Source of the DNA: Polyangia bacterium
Lineage (GTDB): Bacteria > Myxococcota_A > Polyangia > Palsa-1104 > JAEUJZ01
DNA: 64,000 nucleotides
Direction: 5' to 3'
Assembly: GCA_044222245.1 (NCBI GenBank)
Contig: JBGANQ010000001.1
Location: forward strand, 126,239-190,238
Made by a program: the position numbers and the translations under genes. Position 1 is the first letter of the stretch; every line of letters starts with the position of its first letter. Under the pieces are notes generated by a model that saw only the letters and a list, made by a program, of their open reading frames with translations, made no database searches and was not told where the DNA came from. This document shows positions 32,835 to 42,477 of this stretch, one piece after another.

Positions 32835-33446
32835 GTGCTCGCCATGAAGCTCTATTTCGCCCCCGGTGCCTGCTCGCTCTCGCCCCACATCGTGCTGCAC
32901 GAGGCCGCGCTCGCCTTCGAGCTCGAGCAGGTCCACCTCGGCAGCAAGAAGACCAAGAGCGGCGCCGACTTCCGCGAGACCAACCCCAAGGGGTACGTGC
33001 CGGCGCTGCAGCTCGACGACGGCCAGGTGCTCACCGAGGGGCCGGCGATCGTCCAGTACATCGCCGATCGCAAGCCCGAGTCGGGCCTCGCCCCCGCCGC
33101 CGGGACGCTGGCCCGCTACCGCCTGCAGGAGTGGCTCAACTACATCTCGACCGAGCTGCACAAGTCCTTCAGCCCGCTGTTCAACCCCAAGCACCCGGCG
33201 GAGCTGAAGCAGCAGGTAAAGGAGGCGATGGCGGGCAAGTTTGACTACGTCAGCAAGAGCCTGGGCGACAAGCCCTACCTGCTGGGGCAGTCGTTCTCGG
33301 TCGCCGACGCCTACTTGTTCACCGTCCTTCGGTGGACCAAGTACGTCGACATCGATCTGAGCCGCTGGCCGGTGCTCACCGCCTTTGTCGCCCGCGTTGC
33401 CGAGCGCCCGGCCGTGCGCGCCGCTCTCGCCGCCGAAGGTCTGTAG
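32835..33446 (+). CDS. gstA: glutathione S-transferase (GstA-like, beta class)
   Basis: MKLYFAPGACSLSPHIVLHEAAL...NPKGYVPALQLDDGQVLTEGPAIVQYIAD closely parallels E. coli GstA N-terminus. Confidence 0.8.
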   Translation: MLAMKLYFAPGACSLSPHIVLHEAALAFELEQVHLGSKKTKSGADFRETNPKGYVPALQLDDGQVLTEGPAIVQYIADRKPESGLAPAAGTLARYRLQEWLNYISTELHKSFSPLFNPKHPAELKQQVKEAMAGKFDYVSKSLGDKPYLLGQSFSVADAYLFTVLRWTKYVDIDLSRWPVLTAFVARVAERPAVRAALAAEGL

Positions 33447-33612
33447 GCTCGTGCCGAGCGCGGCGGCAGCGCCCGCGGCTCGGTTGCCGCCGCCGTCGCC
33501 TCTGTCTGGGCTGGCTGTGGCGAGACCTAGCAAGTGGCCGGGTTCGGGCGCGCCGAGCAGCCTCTGAGCTGTGAGCAGGACCGGACCGTAAGTCGGGTCG
33601 CGTAGCTTTGCG

Positions 33613-35070
33613 CTAGCCAACCACCGGCAGGTGGCGCAGCAGGGTGGGCGACGGCGTGCTGCGCGGCGCGCTGGGGACATAGCGGGCGCGACCGGCAGCG
33701 CTGAGCTCGCCGACCAGCGAGTGCTTGTGGGCGCGGCTGATGGTGACCTCCACGGTCTCGCCGAGCGGCGCCGCGCCGGCGGGAAACTCGACGTGGACTA
33801 CTTCGTTGCGCTCGCTGCGGCCGTGGTAGATGTCGCCGGTGGGCGTCTCGCCGCGGGCGGCGCGCTTGCTGCGCCCCTCGATGAGCACCTGGGTCGCGCT
33901 GCCGACCAGGCCGCGCAGGTAGGCGGTGCCCTGGGTCTCGACGACCTCGATGAGCCGCAGCAGCCGCTCGGCCTTGACCTCTTCGGGGACGTCATCGACC
34001 AGCCGGCGGGCCGGGGTGTGCGGCCGCACCGAGTACTTGTAGGTGAAGGCGGTGGTAAAGCCGGCCTCGCGCACCAGGGACAGGGTGGCGGCGAAGTCCT
34101 CCTCGGTCTCGCCGGGGAAGCCGACGATGAGGTCGGTCGACAGGGTGAGCCCGGGGCGGGCGGCGCGCAGCCGCTCGGCGCGGCGCAGGAACTCCTCGCG
34201 GGTGTAGCGGCGGATCATGCGCTTGAGGACGCGGTCGCTGCCCGACTGCACCGGCAGGTGGATGTGGCGGCACAGCACCGCCAGCTCGGCGTGGGCGGCG
34301 CACAGCGACTCGGTGGCGTGGCGGGGGTGGGGGCTGGTGTAGCGCAGGCGCGAAAGGCCCGGGACCTCGGCGGCCAGGCGGCGCAGCAGGAAGGGGAACT
34401 GGCTCTCGTCGGGGTCATCGCTGACCGGGGGCGGCAGCGCCGGATCGCGGTAGCTGTCGACAGTCTGGCCGAGCAGCAGGATCTCGCGCGCCCCGGCGGC
34501 GACCCAGCGCTGCACCTCGGCGACGATGTCGTCGGCCGGCCGGTAGCGCTCGGGGCCGCGGGTGTAGGGGACGACGCAGAACGAGCAGCGCTCATCGCAG
34601 CCCTTCATCGTCGTGACGTAGGCGCTGATCGGCGCCTGGCCCGGCCGCGGCGCCGCGGCGAGGAAGTGCGGCGCCTCGACATCGAACGAGGTGCGCGCCA
34701 GCGGCGGCGAGCCGGCCAGCTGATCGCTGAGCAGCGCCGGCAGCTCGGGGATGTTGTCGGGGCCGATGACCAGATCGATGGCCGGCATTTCCTTAAGCAG
34801 GCGCTCGCCCTCCTGCTGCGCGACGCAGCCCGCCACGGCGATGAGCAGCGACGGGCGGGCCCGCTTGACCGGGCGCAGCTTGTCGACCTCGATGCGCAGC
34901 TTGTTCTCGGCGGTCTCGCGCACGCTGCAAGTGTTGAAGACCACCAGGTCGGCCGCCGCCACGCTCGGGGCGGCGCGCCAGCCGTGCGCGACCAGCACGT
35001 CCTGCATCCGGTCCGAGTCATGGACGTTCATCTGGCAGCCGAAGGTATGGACGAAGAACCGGCCCGACAT
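33613..35070 (-). CDS. miaB: tRNA-2-methylthio-N6-dimethylallyladenosine synthase MiaB
   Basis: FFVHTFGCQMNVHDSDRM (MTTase N-term Cys), radical-SAM CDERCSFCVVPYTRG, TRAM domain C-terminus. Confidence 0.9.
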   Translation of the reverse strand: MSGRFFVHTFGCQMNVHDSDRMQDVLVAHGWRAAPSVAAADLVVFNTCSVRETAENKLRIEVDKLRPVKRARPSLLIAVAGCVAQQEGERLLKEMPAIDLVIGPDNIPELPALLSDQLAGSPPLARTSFDVEAPHFLAAAPRPGQAPISAYVTTMKGCDERCSFCVVPYTRGPERYRPADDIVAEVQRWVAAGAREILLLGQTVDSYRDPALPPPVSDDPDESQFPFLLRRLAAEVPGLSRLRYTSPHPRHATESLCAAHAELAVLCRHIHLPVQSGSDRVLKRMIRRYTREEFLRRAERLRAARPGLTLSTDLIVGFPGETEEDFAATLSLVREAGFTTAFTYKYSVRPHTPARRLVDDVPEEVKAERLLRLIEVVETQGTAYLRGLVGSATQVLIEGRSKRAARGETPTGDIYHGRSERNEVVHVEFPAGAAPLGETVEVTISRAHKHSLVGELSAAGRARYVPSAPRSTPSPTLLRHLPVVG

Positions 35071-35269
35071 CGCGCGCTTTCCTTTCCAAAGAGCCAGAGC
35101 CTACAGCAGATTTTCGCAGCTGGCCGCTCCACGACGCATCGACCGCCGCCCGCGCAAGCGGTCGGCGCGGCGCTGGCCCCGCGGCGGCGCGAGACCAGCG
35201 GCGCGGCGGCGGCTGAGGCGGACGGGCAGAGCCCGGCCTTAGCGAGAGGGAGTAACGGACAAAGCGGCG

Positions 35270-36208
35270 CTAGCGGGTGGTGACGTAGTCTTTTTTGATC
35301 AGCTCGATGAGCGCTACGGCGGCATCGGCGTCGGACAGCTTGCTGCGATCGAGCACCGCCTGCAGGTTGCCGCCGTTTAGCACGATCTGGAAGATCTCCA
35401 GCTGCTCGGGCTTGAGCGCGGTGAGCGGCGCGGTCAGCGGCTGCGGGATGATGAGCTGGGCGGTGCGCGCCGGCAGATCGTCTTCGACCCGCTTGAACTC
35501 GTCGAGCAGGCGCATGCCCTCCATCAGCAGGCCCTCGGTCGAGTCCTTGACCTCGTCGAGGAACGTCTTCTCCTCGGCCGAGTCGAGCTCGAAGGTGCCG
35601 CGATCCCAGGTGAGCAGCCGGTAGGCCGCCTTACGCGGGTTCATGTCGTAGCTGTCGTCGACGGTCGCGTAGTAGATCTGGCCCTTGCGGAGGAAGATCT
35701 GGCCGTTGCCGGTGGGGCCGCGCAGCGACAGCACGCCCGTGCGCTTGGACGTCGACAAGAGCTGCAAGAGGTCGGGCAGCGGGATCTCCTCGATGCTGCC
35801 GGACATCGCCCGGCTCGTCGAGGTCGTCTTCATCGAAGACTGCTGGCCGCGCTTCTCCAGCTGGTTCTTCGCCTCGGCCTCGCTGACCTGGCTCGCCGGA
35901 TCGACCGAGACGAGCTTGATGATCGAGGTGCCGATCAGGATGCGATCCCCTTCTTTGAGGCGCGCCTTCTTGATCTTCTCGCCGTTGACGAAGGTGCCGT
36001 TGGTCGAGCCGACATCGGCAATGCTGATCTCGTCGCCGTTGAGGCCAATGCTGGCGTGGCGGCGCGAGACCATGTCCTCGATGAGCACCATGTCGAGCTC
36101 ACTCGAACGGCCGATGACAATCTCGCGGCCCTTGACCAGAGGGAACTCGCCACCCTGGTACTTGCCCGAGATGAACCGCAGCGCGTAGCTAGGATTCGTC
36201 GGTGGCAC
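35270..36208 (-). CDS. FHA-domain plus DUF4388 protein
   Basis: N-terminal FHA (IVIGRSSELDMVLIEDMVSRRHASI...TNGTFVNG), C-terminal DUF4388-like region (PLPDLLQLLSTSKRTGVLSL). Noticeably lower GC than flanks. Confidence 0.65.
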   Translation of the reverse strand: MPPTNPSYALRFISGKYQGGEFPLVKGREIVIGRSSELDMVLIEDMVSRRHASIGLNGDEISIADVGSTNGTFVNGEKIKKARLKEGDRILIGTSIIKLVSVDPASQVSEAEAKNQLEKRGQQSSMKTTSTSRAMSGSIEEIPLPDLLQLLSTSKRTGVLSLRGPTGNGQIFLRKGQIYYATVDDSYDMNPRKAAYRLLTWDRGTFELDSAEEKTFLDEVKDSTEGLLMEGMRLLDEFKRVEDDLPARTAQLIIPQPLTAPLTALKPEQLEIFQIVLNGGNLQAVLDRSKLSDADAAVALIELIKKDYVTTR

Positions 36209-36416
36209 CTTAAATCTTCTCCAGCGGGATGCCGCTCAGTATCGCTTAGGGGTTAATCGTGGCCGCACCGGTCGTCTGCAACACTGTTCCGACGCTGTAT
36301 CGACGGGCTCTGTCACCGATCCGGGTTCCCGATAGCGCGACCGTCCGCCCGACACCGAGCGGCCTGCCTTCGCAAGGGTGCGTGTATACACAGACCAGCA
36401 TAACACAACAGGTCCG

Positions 36417-38864
36417 CTATTTGACCTGGATAACCAACTGAACTGTGCTCGCATTATCCGCAGCATCGCTTGCCCGCACGAGCGCGAGGTGGCTGCCGGC
36501 TGTAAGGCGCGGCGGCCGGACCTGGAAGTCTTCACTGGCGTCATCCAGGACCCCGTCGCGCGGGGCGAGCGGGAAGAAGTCGCCGCCGTCGATCGAGTAG
36601 CTGAGCTCCAAGATCGGCGAGACCGCGTCCACCGCCTGCCCGGACAGGGTCTGGGTCGCCGGGTTCCAGCGCACCTCGCGCAGCTCGGGGCGGCGGTTGT
36701 CGATGATAAACGGCGCCGAGACGAGCTCGCTCGTCTGCACCAGCTCGGGGGGGTTACTGCGCTCGTCGCTGACCACGACCTTGAGCTCGTACAGGCCGTC
36801 GCCCACGGTGTCGGTGTTGAAGTCGAGCTCGGCGCGGGCGAGCGGCTCGGGGCCGGAGATGCGCAGCCAGGCGGCGTCGGTGCTGTCACCGGAGACGGGG
36901 GGGACGGCGGCGCTCGCGCTGGCGGCGGAGTGGGCGGCAGCTGGGGCCGGGCCGGCAGCGACCGCGGGGCGGATGTAGACGCGATGGCTCAGGTCGTCCT
37001 CGTCGGGGTTTTCCACCTTCCAGCGCAGCTTGATCACCGGCGTGCGCGGCCGCAAGGGGCTCGCCGGCTTGACGCCGCGGGCGACCCGGCCGCTCGGGTC
37101 TTCCCCGACCAGGATGTCGGTGATGCGGGCGCGCTGGTTGAGCGGCTGGTAGTGGACGGTAAAGTCGCTCAGCACCGCGCGGTCGGCAAACAGGAAGCGG
37201 GCCTGCAGGTAGCGCCCGGGCGGCGAGCCGATCTTGCCGAGCTGCTCGCCGGTAAGAGGCAGGCGCGCCGGCGCCCGCAGCGGCTGCCAGGGGCTCCAGG
37301 TGGCGTCGGGCTTGCTGAGGTTGCCTGAGCGGGTCTCGACGCGCAGCTCGCCCTGGCCGAGGTAGCGCAGGGTCCCCCAGTGGGCCAGCGCCTGGGCGTC
37401 GATGACCTTGCTCTGGTAGCTCGGGTCCTTGGGCGGCCCGTCGCCAAGCTTGTACACCGCGGCGCTGTTGCCGGTGCCGATCAGGCGCTCGCCGCCCGCA
37501 AGGGGCAAGCTGAGCGCCAAAACGTCGCTCTCTTTGACCTCCAGCAGGGTCAGCACCGTGCGATCGGGCTTTACCTCGTAGACCCGTCCGCGCCCCCCAG
37601 GGGCGGAGGCGGCGGCGTACAGGTTGCCAGCCGCGTCCAGGTGCAGGGCGTTATAAAAGCCGTCGACCACCGCGTGCAGCTGCTCGACCCGGCCGGCCTC
37701 GTCGATGCGGAACAGGGCGCCTTTGCCCTTCTTCTCGACCAGGCTCGTGCTCGTCGAGGGGCTCGGGGGGGTCGGCGGGGTCGGCTTGACCCCGGGCGCG
37801 GTGCCGGCGGCCGGCGCCACCAGCTTGACCCCGCGGCTGCCGATGTCGCCGCGCTGCATGTCGTTCACGGCGACGTAGACCAGGCCGGCGCGGGCGACGA
37901 TGGCGCGCACCTCGTTGCCGGCGAAGTCATGCACCGCGCGCGCCGCCGGCTCGCGGCCCTCGCGCGGCGGCTCGATGCGATACAGCACGGCGTCATCGGC
38001 GGTGCCCACATATAAGGCGCCGTCGTCGGCGCGGGCCAGGGAGAGGAACTGCTTGGCGCCGGTGTCGAGCAGCTTGCGGGCGTGCGCCTTGCTCTGCTCG
38101 GCGCGACCGGGCCCCGCGTCCTTGTCGGCGATCGCCCACAGCCGCCCGGGACCGGTCGCCACATAAGTCACCCCGCCCTCGCGCACCAGGCTCCAGACAT
38201 GGTCGGCCTCGACCTGCGCCCACAGCTGCGCGCGGCCATCGGGACCGACGTCAAAGAGCCGCCCGTCCTGGGCCGTCGCCGCCAGCACATGCCCGGGCTG
38301 CCCCTCAAGCAGGCACAGCGCCGTCACCCAGGTTCCCGCGGCCAGGGCGGCGTGCTTGCGCAGCTGGCCCTGCTTGTAGATGTGCACCGCCGCCGTCTCG
38401 CCGCCGGTGCCGACGTAGACGGTTCCGTCGGGCGCGGCGACCATGGCGCGCACGCTGTCATCGCCCGGCGCCGGCAGGCTGAGGCGGGTGGCGGCGATGC
38501 CGACCCGCACGTCCCCCTGCGAGGTGAGCAGCACCCCGCTGTCCTGGCCCTCGGCGAGCTCTGGTACGAGGTGACCCGCACCGAGCGCGCCGGCCCGGCC
38601 AGCGCCGCCGCCCCCGAGGTCGCAAGCCAGGCCAGCGGCAGCAGCCACCGCCGTGCCCGCTGGCCACCCCGCAGCCCGCCGCCGCCGGCAGGCGCCGCGG
38701 CGCTGCGGTCGCCGGGTCGCGCCGGACTGGCGGCCCGGCTGGCCGGGCGGGTCTGTGGGCAGTTGGTTGCTTCGCTGGATGGGTTGGCGCAGGTTGGCAA
38801 GCGGTCGGCCTCTCGATAGACGGTAGACGGTAGACGGTAGGTGCGAAGCGCGGCTGGGCGGCAA
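36417..38864 (-). CDS. large secreted beta-propeller repeat protein (start uncertain, probably downstream of 38864)
   Basis: Repeated DGTVYVGT / DGALYVGT / GNLYAAAS-type blades; N-terminal part of the ORF is Arg-rich and probably non-coding. Confidence 0.5.
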   Translation of the reverse strand: MPPSRASHLPSTVYRLSRGRPLANLRQPIQRSNQLPTDPPGQPGRQSGATRRPQRRGACRRRRAAGWPAGTAVAAAAGLACDLGGGGAGRAGALGAGHLVPELAEGQDSGVLLTSQGDVRVGIAATRLSLPAPGDDSVRAMVAAPDGTVYVGTGGETAAVHIYKQGQLRKHAALAAGTWVTALCLLEGQPGHVLAATAQDGRLFDVGPDGRAQLWAQVEADHVWSLVREGGVTYVATGPGRLWAIADKDAGPGRAEQSKAHARKLLDTGAKQFLSLARADDGALYVGTADDAVLYRIEPPREGREPAARAVHDFAGNEVRAIVARAGLVYVAVNDMQRGDIGSRGVKLVAPAAGTAPGVKPTPPTPPSPSTSTSLVEKKGKGALFRIDEAGRVEQLHAVVDGFYNALHLDAAGNLYAAASAPGGRGRVYEVKPDRTVLTLLEVKESDVLALSLPLAGGERLIGTGNSAAVYKLGDGPPKDPSYQSKVIDAQALAHWGTLRYLGQGELRVETRSGNLSKPDATWSPWQPLRAPARLPLTGEQLGKIGSPPGRYLQARFLFADRAVLSDFTVHYQPLNQRARITDILVGEDPSGRVARGVKPASPLRPRTPVIKLRWKVENPDEDDLSHRVYIRPAVAAGPAPAAAHSAASASAAVPPVSGDSTDAAWLRISGPEPLARAELDFNTDTVGDGLYELKVVVSDERSNPPELVQTSELVSAPFIIDNRRPELREVRWNPATQTLSGQAVDAVSPILELSYSIDGGDFFPLAPRDGVLDDASEDFQVRPPRLTAGSHLALVRASDAADNASTVQLVIQVK

Positions 38865-38877
38865 GGCGGCGGGTCCC

Positions 38878-40965
38878 CTAGCGGGAGTCGTCTTTGACCT
38901 GCACGGTCAGCTCTTTGGTGCCGGTAAGGACGGTGTCCACATCGACGGCGAAGCGGGTCAGGCGCTTGTAGACCTCGCCCCGGCGGGTGGTGCTGCCCGG
39001 CCGCAGGGTGGCGATCACCGACGCCGGCAGGCTGGGGATGAGGCGCCCGCGGTGGCTCACGCCCTCTTCGGTGGTGGTCAGGGTGATGACGAGCTGGCGG
39101 GCGGCGTAGCCCTTGCGCAGGTTCTCCACCAGGTCGGTCAGGGACTCGGGCGGCGCGACCTCGGGCTTGACCAGGTTGCCGGCGCTGGCCTCGATCTTCA
39201 GGGTCTGCCCGGCGAGCGCGCGCGGGATCTCCAGAGGCACGGCGCGCACCTGCGGGACGCCGCTGTAGGGCCGCAGGGTCACATACAGGCTGGGTCGGGT
39301 GTCGGGCTCCAGCTCGTCGCTCAGCAGCGACAGGCCGGTGATCTCGGCGACCTCGCTCTTGTACTCGACCGCCACCGTCAGGTCGAGGCGCTCGACGCGG
39401 GTCGGGCCAAAGGGGTTGAACAAGAGCTCGGGCAGGTGCCGCATGCCCGAGGAGGACTGCAGCAGCCGAGGCGTCACGCCGCCCGGCGAGTACAGGGTGT
39501 CGGTCTGCAAGAGCGGCGCGAACCCGCGCAGGCCCAGCCGCGACTGCACGCGCACCGTGACATCGCTGACGTCGGGCGCCGCCGACTGGATCGAGCTCGC
39601 GGCGACGCTGGCGGCGAGCAGCGGGGTGAGGAAGCGGTGGCTGGCGACCTCGGTGGCGTAGATGCGGTCGCTCTGGCCGGGGATCTGCACCGTCACCTGG
39701 ACCGGCACCATCGGCGCCTGCTTGCGCACCTCGCCGACGATCCCGGTCTCGCGATCAAGGAGCAGCGAGCCCAGGGTGGTGAGCGGCGTGGCCATCTTGA
39801 AGCTCGAGGACAGCGAGGAAAGGATCGTCACGACCTCGGCGGTGGCGATGGGGAACAGGACCTCGCCGGCGCCACCATCGCCGAGCATCGGGTGGCCAAA
39901 CCCCATCACGCGGTCGCCGTCGACATAGGTGACGGTACCGACTCCGGTGGCGCTGATGTCGCCGCGGATGAGCTGGACGCCCAGCGAGCCGCCGGCCTCG
40001 AAGCGGTCGGGTCCTTTGGCGCCGGCCACCCCGGCGCCGCCGGCCTGCAGCGGCCGCACCTGATAAGGCGACAGCGCCTCGCGCAGGCCGTCCAGGGACC
40101 GCTCGGACAGGCCAGCGACCGAGAGCGGCACCGATGCCCTGACCAGCCGCGGCTCGGGCAGCAGGCTGGCCGGGGTGAGCCGGTTGAGCGCTCGATCCTG
40201 GGCGGTGGCCGGCAGCTCGCCGCCGGCCAGCGCCCGCAGCAGCTCACGCCGCGGCAGCGACGCCACGAAGCGCTCGCGCTCGCCGCCCTCGGCCGGCGGC
40301 CAGTCGGTCGGGGTGCCCGCTGCGGCCAGCGGGGCGGGCCCACCCGGCTGCCCGCGCAGCGGCCGTCGCATGTCAGCGAGCATCCGCTCGATCGGCGTCA
40401 CTCCCGCCACCGGATCTTTGCCAAACTGCCAGCCGTAGGCCAGCGCGCCGGCGAGGCGGCCATCGATATAGATCGGCGAGCCGGACATGCCGGCGGCGAC
40501 CCCGCTGTGCAGAAGTCGCGGATCGTCCGAGTCAATCAAGATGAGGTCGAGCTGCGGCAGGAAGTTGCGCAGCACGCCGATGACGCGCACCGCGAACCGC
40601 TCGGGGTGGGTGCCCTTGAACACGGTCAGGCCGTAGCCGGTCATGCCCGGTCGCACCTCGCGCACCGAGATGATCGGGGTCGTCGGCAGCGGCCGGCTGG
40701 CCGCGGGGGCCCCGTCCGCGCTGGTCGTCGACCCGCTTGCCGCCGGGGTCGTGAAGGCCTGCTTGGGCACCGGGGCCGGGGTGGCGGCGGCCGCGGCGCC
40801 CCCTTGCAGAGCCCACCACAGGCCGGCCAGCGCGAGCCCGCGGCGCCTCACCGGGCCATGGTCGTGACCAGGGCTGTGCGAACTCGCCCCGGAGCTCTGC
40901 CCTCGCCCCTGCCTAGACCGAGTCATCGTGCCCCTCAGTCTAAGAGGACCGCTCCGAGGCGTCAA
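38878..40965 (-). CDS. SpoIVB-like peptidase S55 family protein
   Basis: AAGMSGSPIYIDGRLAGALAYGWQF matches the SpoIVB active-site GMSGSPI...YG.F. N-terminal signal/Ala-rich linker. Confidence 0.65.
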   Translation of the reverse strand: MTPRSGPLRLRGTMTRSRQGRGQSSGASSHSPGHDHGPVRRRGLALAGLWWALQGGAAAAATPAPVPKQAFTTPAASGSTTSADGAPAASRPLPTTPIISVREVRPGMTGYGLTVFKGTHPERFAVRVIGVLRNFLPQLDLILIDSDDPRLLHSGVAAGMSGSPIYIDGRLAGALAYGWQFGKDPVAGVTPIERMLADMRRPLRGQPGGPAPLAAAGTPTDWPPAEGGERERFVASLPRRELLRALAGGELPATAQDRALNRLTPASLLPEPRLVRASVPLSVAGLSERSLDGLREALSPYQVRPLQAGGAGVAGAKGPDRFEAGGSLGVQLIRGDISATGVGTVTYVDGDRVMGFGHPMLGDGGAGEVLFPIATAEVVTILSSLSSSFKMATPLTTLGSLLLDRETGIVGEVRKQAPMVPVQVTVQIPGQSDRIYATEVASHRFLTPLLAASVAASSIQSAAPDVSDVTVRVQSRLGLRGFAPLLQTDTLYSPGGVTPRLLQSSSGMRHLPELLFNPFGPTRVERLDLTVAVEYKSEVAEITGLSLLSDELEPDTRPSLYVTLRPYSGVPQVRAVPLEIPRALAGQTLKIEASAGNLVKPEVAPPESLTDLVENLRKGYAARQLVITLTTTEEGVSHRGRLIPSLPASVIATLRPGSTTRRGEVYKRLTRFAVDVDTVLTGTKELTVQVKDDSR

Positions 40966-41065
40966 ACGGGTTCACGGGCGCCGGCTCGCGAGTCTTACCG
41001 GCGAGCCGTCGGCGCGGGTGGGCGGACTAGGCTCGGCGGGCCGCTACTCGCGGCGGGCGGCGCGG

Positions 41066-42379
41066 TCACAGCCCCTGGAGCAGGAAGTGCAGGGCCGCCG
41101 GCAGCCGCTGCGCCCAGTAGACCTCATTGTGCTGGCCGCCGGCCTGCACCACGTAGAGCAGGTTGTCCTCTTCATGCCCGAGGTCGTGGTAGCCGAGATC
41201 GCGGTAGGCCTGGGCCAGCTTGCGGGTGTTGTCGACGTCGTCCTTGCTGGCGCCGCTGTCGCCGCTGTCGACATAGACGCGGCCCGGGCGCTGGGGGCTC
41301 GCTTTGACCGCGCCGATGATGTAGAGGCTGTCCCACCAGGTCGATGGCGATACGGCGCCGATGCGCCCAAAGACGTCGGCCCGCCGCGCCCCCGCGTAGG
41401 CCGAGATGAGCCCGCCCAGCGACGAGCCGATGAGGGTCGTCGCGGCGCCGTCCGGCATCGTGCGCAGGTCGCGATCGATCACCGGCTTGAGCTCCTCGAT
41501 AAGGAAGCGCAGGTACTTGTCGCCGCCGCCGCCGGTGTAGTCGGGATCGTCGCCCACGGTCGGCGTGTACTCGTAGATGCGGTCGGCGGTGTTCTCGGGG
41601 CCGACGACCAGGACCTCGGGCAGGGCGGCGCTCGGGTCGAGCGCGTCGATGCCGCGGTCCAGGGTCTCGGCGACCTTCCAGGTGTTGCCGCCAAAGGCGT
41701 AGCGGGGGTCAAACAGGTTCTGACCGTCGTGCATGTAGACCACCGGGTAGCGGCGCAGCGGGTTCTCGGTGTAGCTCGGCGGGTAGTAGACCCAGACGCC
41801 GCGGCTGTTGCCGAGGATCGCCGAGGAAAACGACGGGTAGCGTCGCTCGTAGCGGCCGGCGCCGGTGCGGAAGTGGGGATAGACGTCGGTGGTCTGGCCG
41901 GGCAGGACGCGGTAGTTGGTGCCGCGCGACCAGGTGGTGTCGTCGAGCAGCGGCTTCCACTCAAGGGCGGTGGTCAGGCCGCGGATGGTCACCTGATAGG
42001 TCGTGGCGTCCACCCGCTTCATGGCCTGGCCGCGCATCCACGACAGCGGCGCCACCGAGCCGCGCACCGCCAGCTGGTTAAACCCCGGGTCCTTGGGATA
42101 GTGCACGCGCAGCACGGTGTCGCCGGGCAGCGGCACAAGCTCGCTGCTCGGGGCGGCGGTCGGGTCCACCACCTGCGCGGCGGGCGCGGGCGCGCTCGGC
42201 TCTAGCGGTGCGTCGGTGCAGCCGGCGGCGCCGAGCACGGCCCCGAGCACCAGCGGGCTCAGGGCGGCCCAAAGCGGCCGCGGCGGCTGCGACCACAGCT
42301 CGCCGCTGCGGCGCCGGGAGATGCGGCCCAAGCGGGTCGCGGGCAAAAGCTCAGCGAAGGGAAAAAAAAGAGCCCACAT
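41066..42379 (-). CDS. esterase-family alpha/beta hydrolase with N-terminal E-set/CBM-like domain
   Basis: GSSLGG (GxSxG), YPVVYMHDGQNLF esterase/enterochelin-esterase-like pattern, N-terminal beta-sandwich segment, lipoprotein-like signal. Confidence 0.55.
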   Translation of the reverse strand: MWALFFPFAELLPATRLGRISRRRSGELWSQPPRPLWAALSPLVLGAVLGAAGCTDAPLEPSAPAPAAQVVDPTAAPSSELVPLPGDTVLRVHYPKDPGFNQLAVRGSVAPLSWMRGQAMKRVDATTYQVTIRGLTTALEWKPLLDDTTWSRGTNYRVLPGQTTDVYPHFRTGAGRYERRYPSFSSAILGNSRGVWVYYPPSYTENPLRRYPVVYMHDGQNLFDPRYAFGGNTWKVAETLDRGIDALDPSAALPEVLVVGPENTADRIYEYTPTVGDDPDYTGGGGDKYLRFLIEELKPVIDRDLRTMPDGAATTLIGSSLGGLISAYAGARRADVFGRIGAVSPSTWWDSLYIIGAVKASPQRPGRVYVDSGDSGASKDDVDNTRKLAQAYRDLGYHDLGHEEDNLLYVVQAGGQHNEVYWAQRLPAALHFLLQGL

Positions 42380-42477
42380 GCAGGGAACATACTCCCGGCA
42401 GGTGGGCGTTGGAAGGGAGGAACCGGACCGCGAACGCCGCCCGCGCGAGCAGACCTGCGCGGGCGGCGACGGACCTG

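Noticed and set aside
33631-35283. 550-aa ORF antisense to miaB
   Set aside because: GC-frame artefact; miaB on the opposite strand has radical-SAM and MTTase motifs.
38812-38842. (ACGGTAG)3 short tandem repeat
   Set aside because: Tiny intergenic repeat between SpoIVB-like and beta-propeller genes; no evident function.
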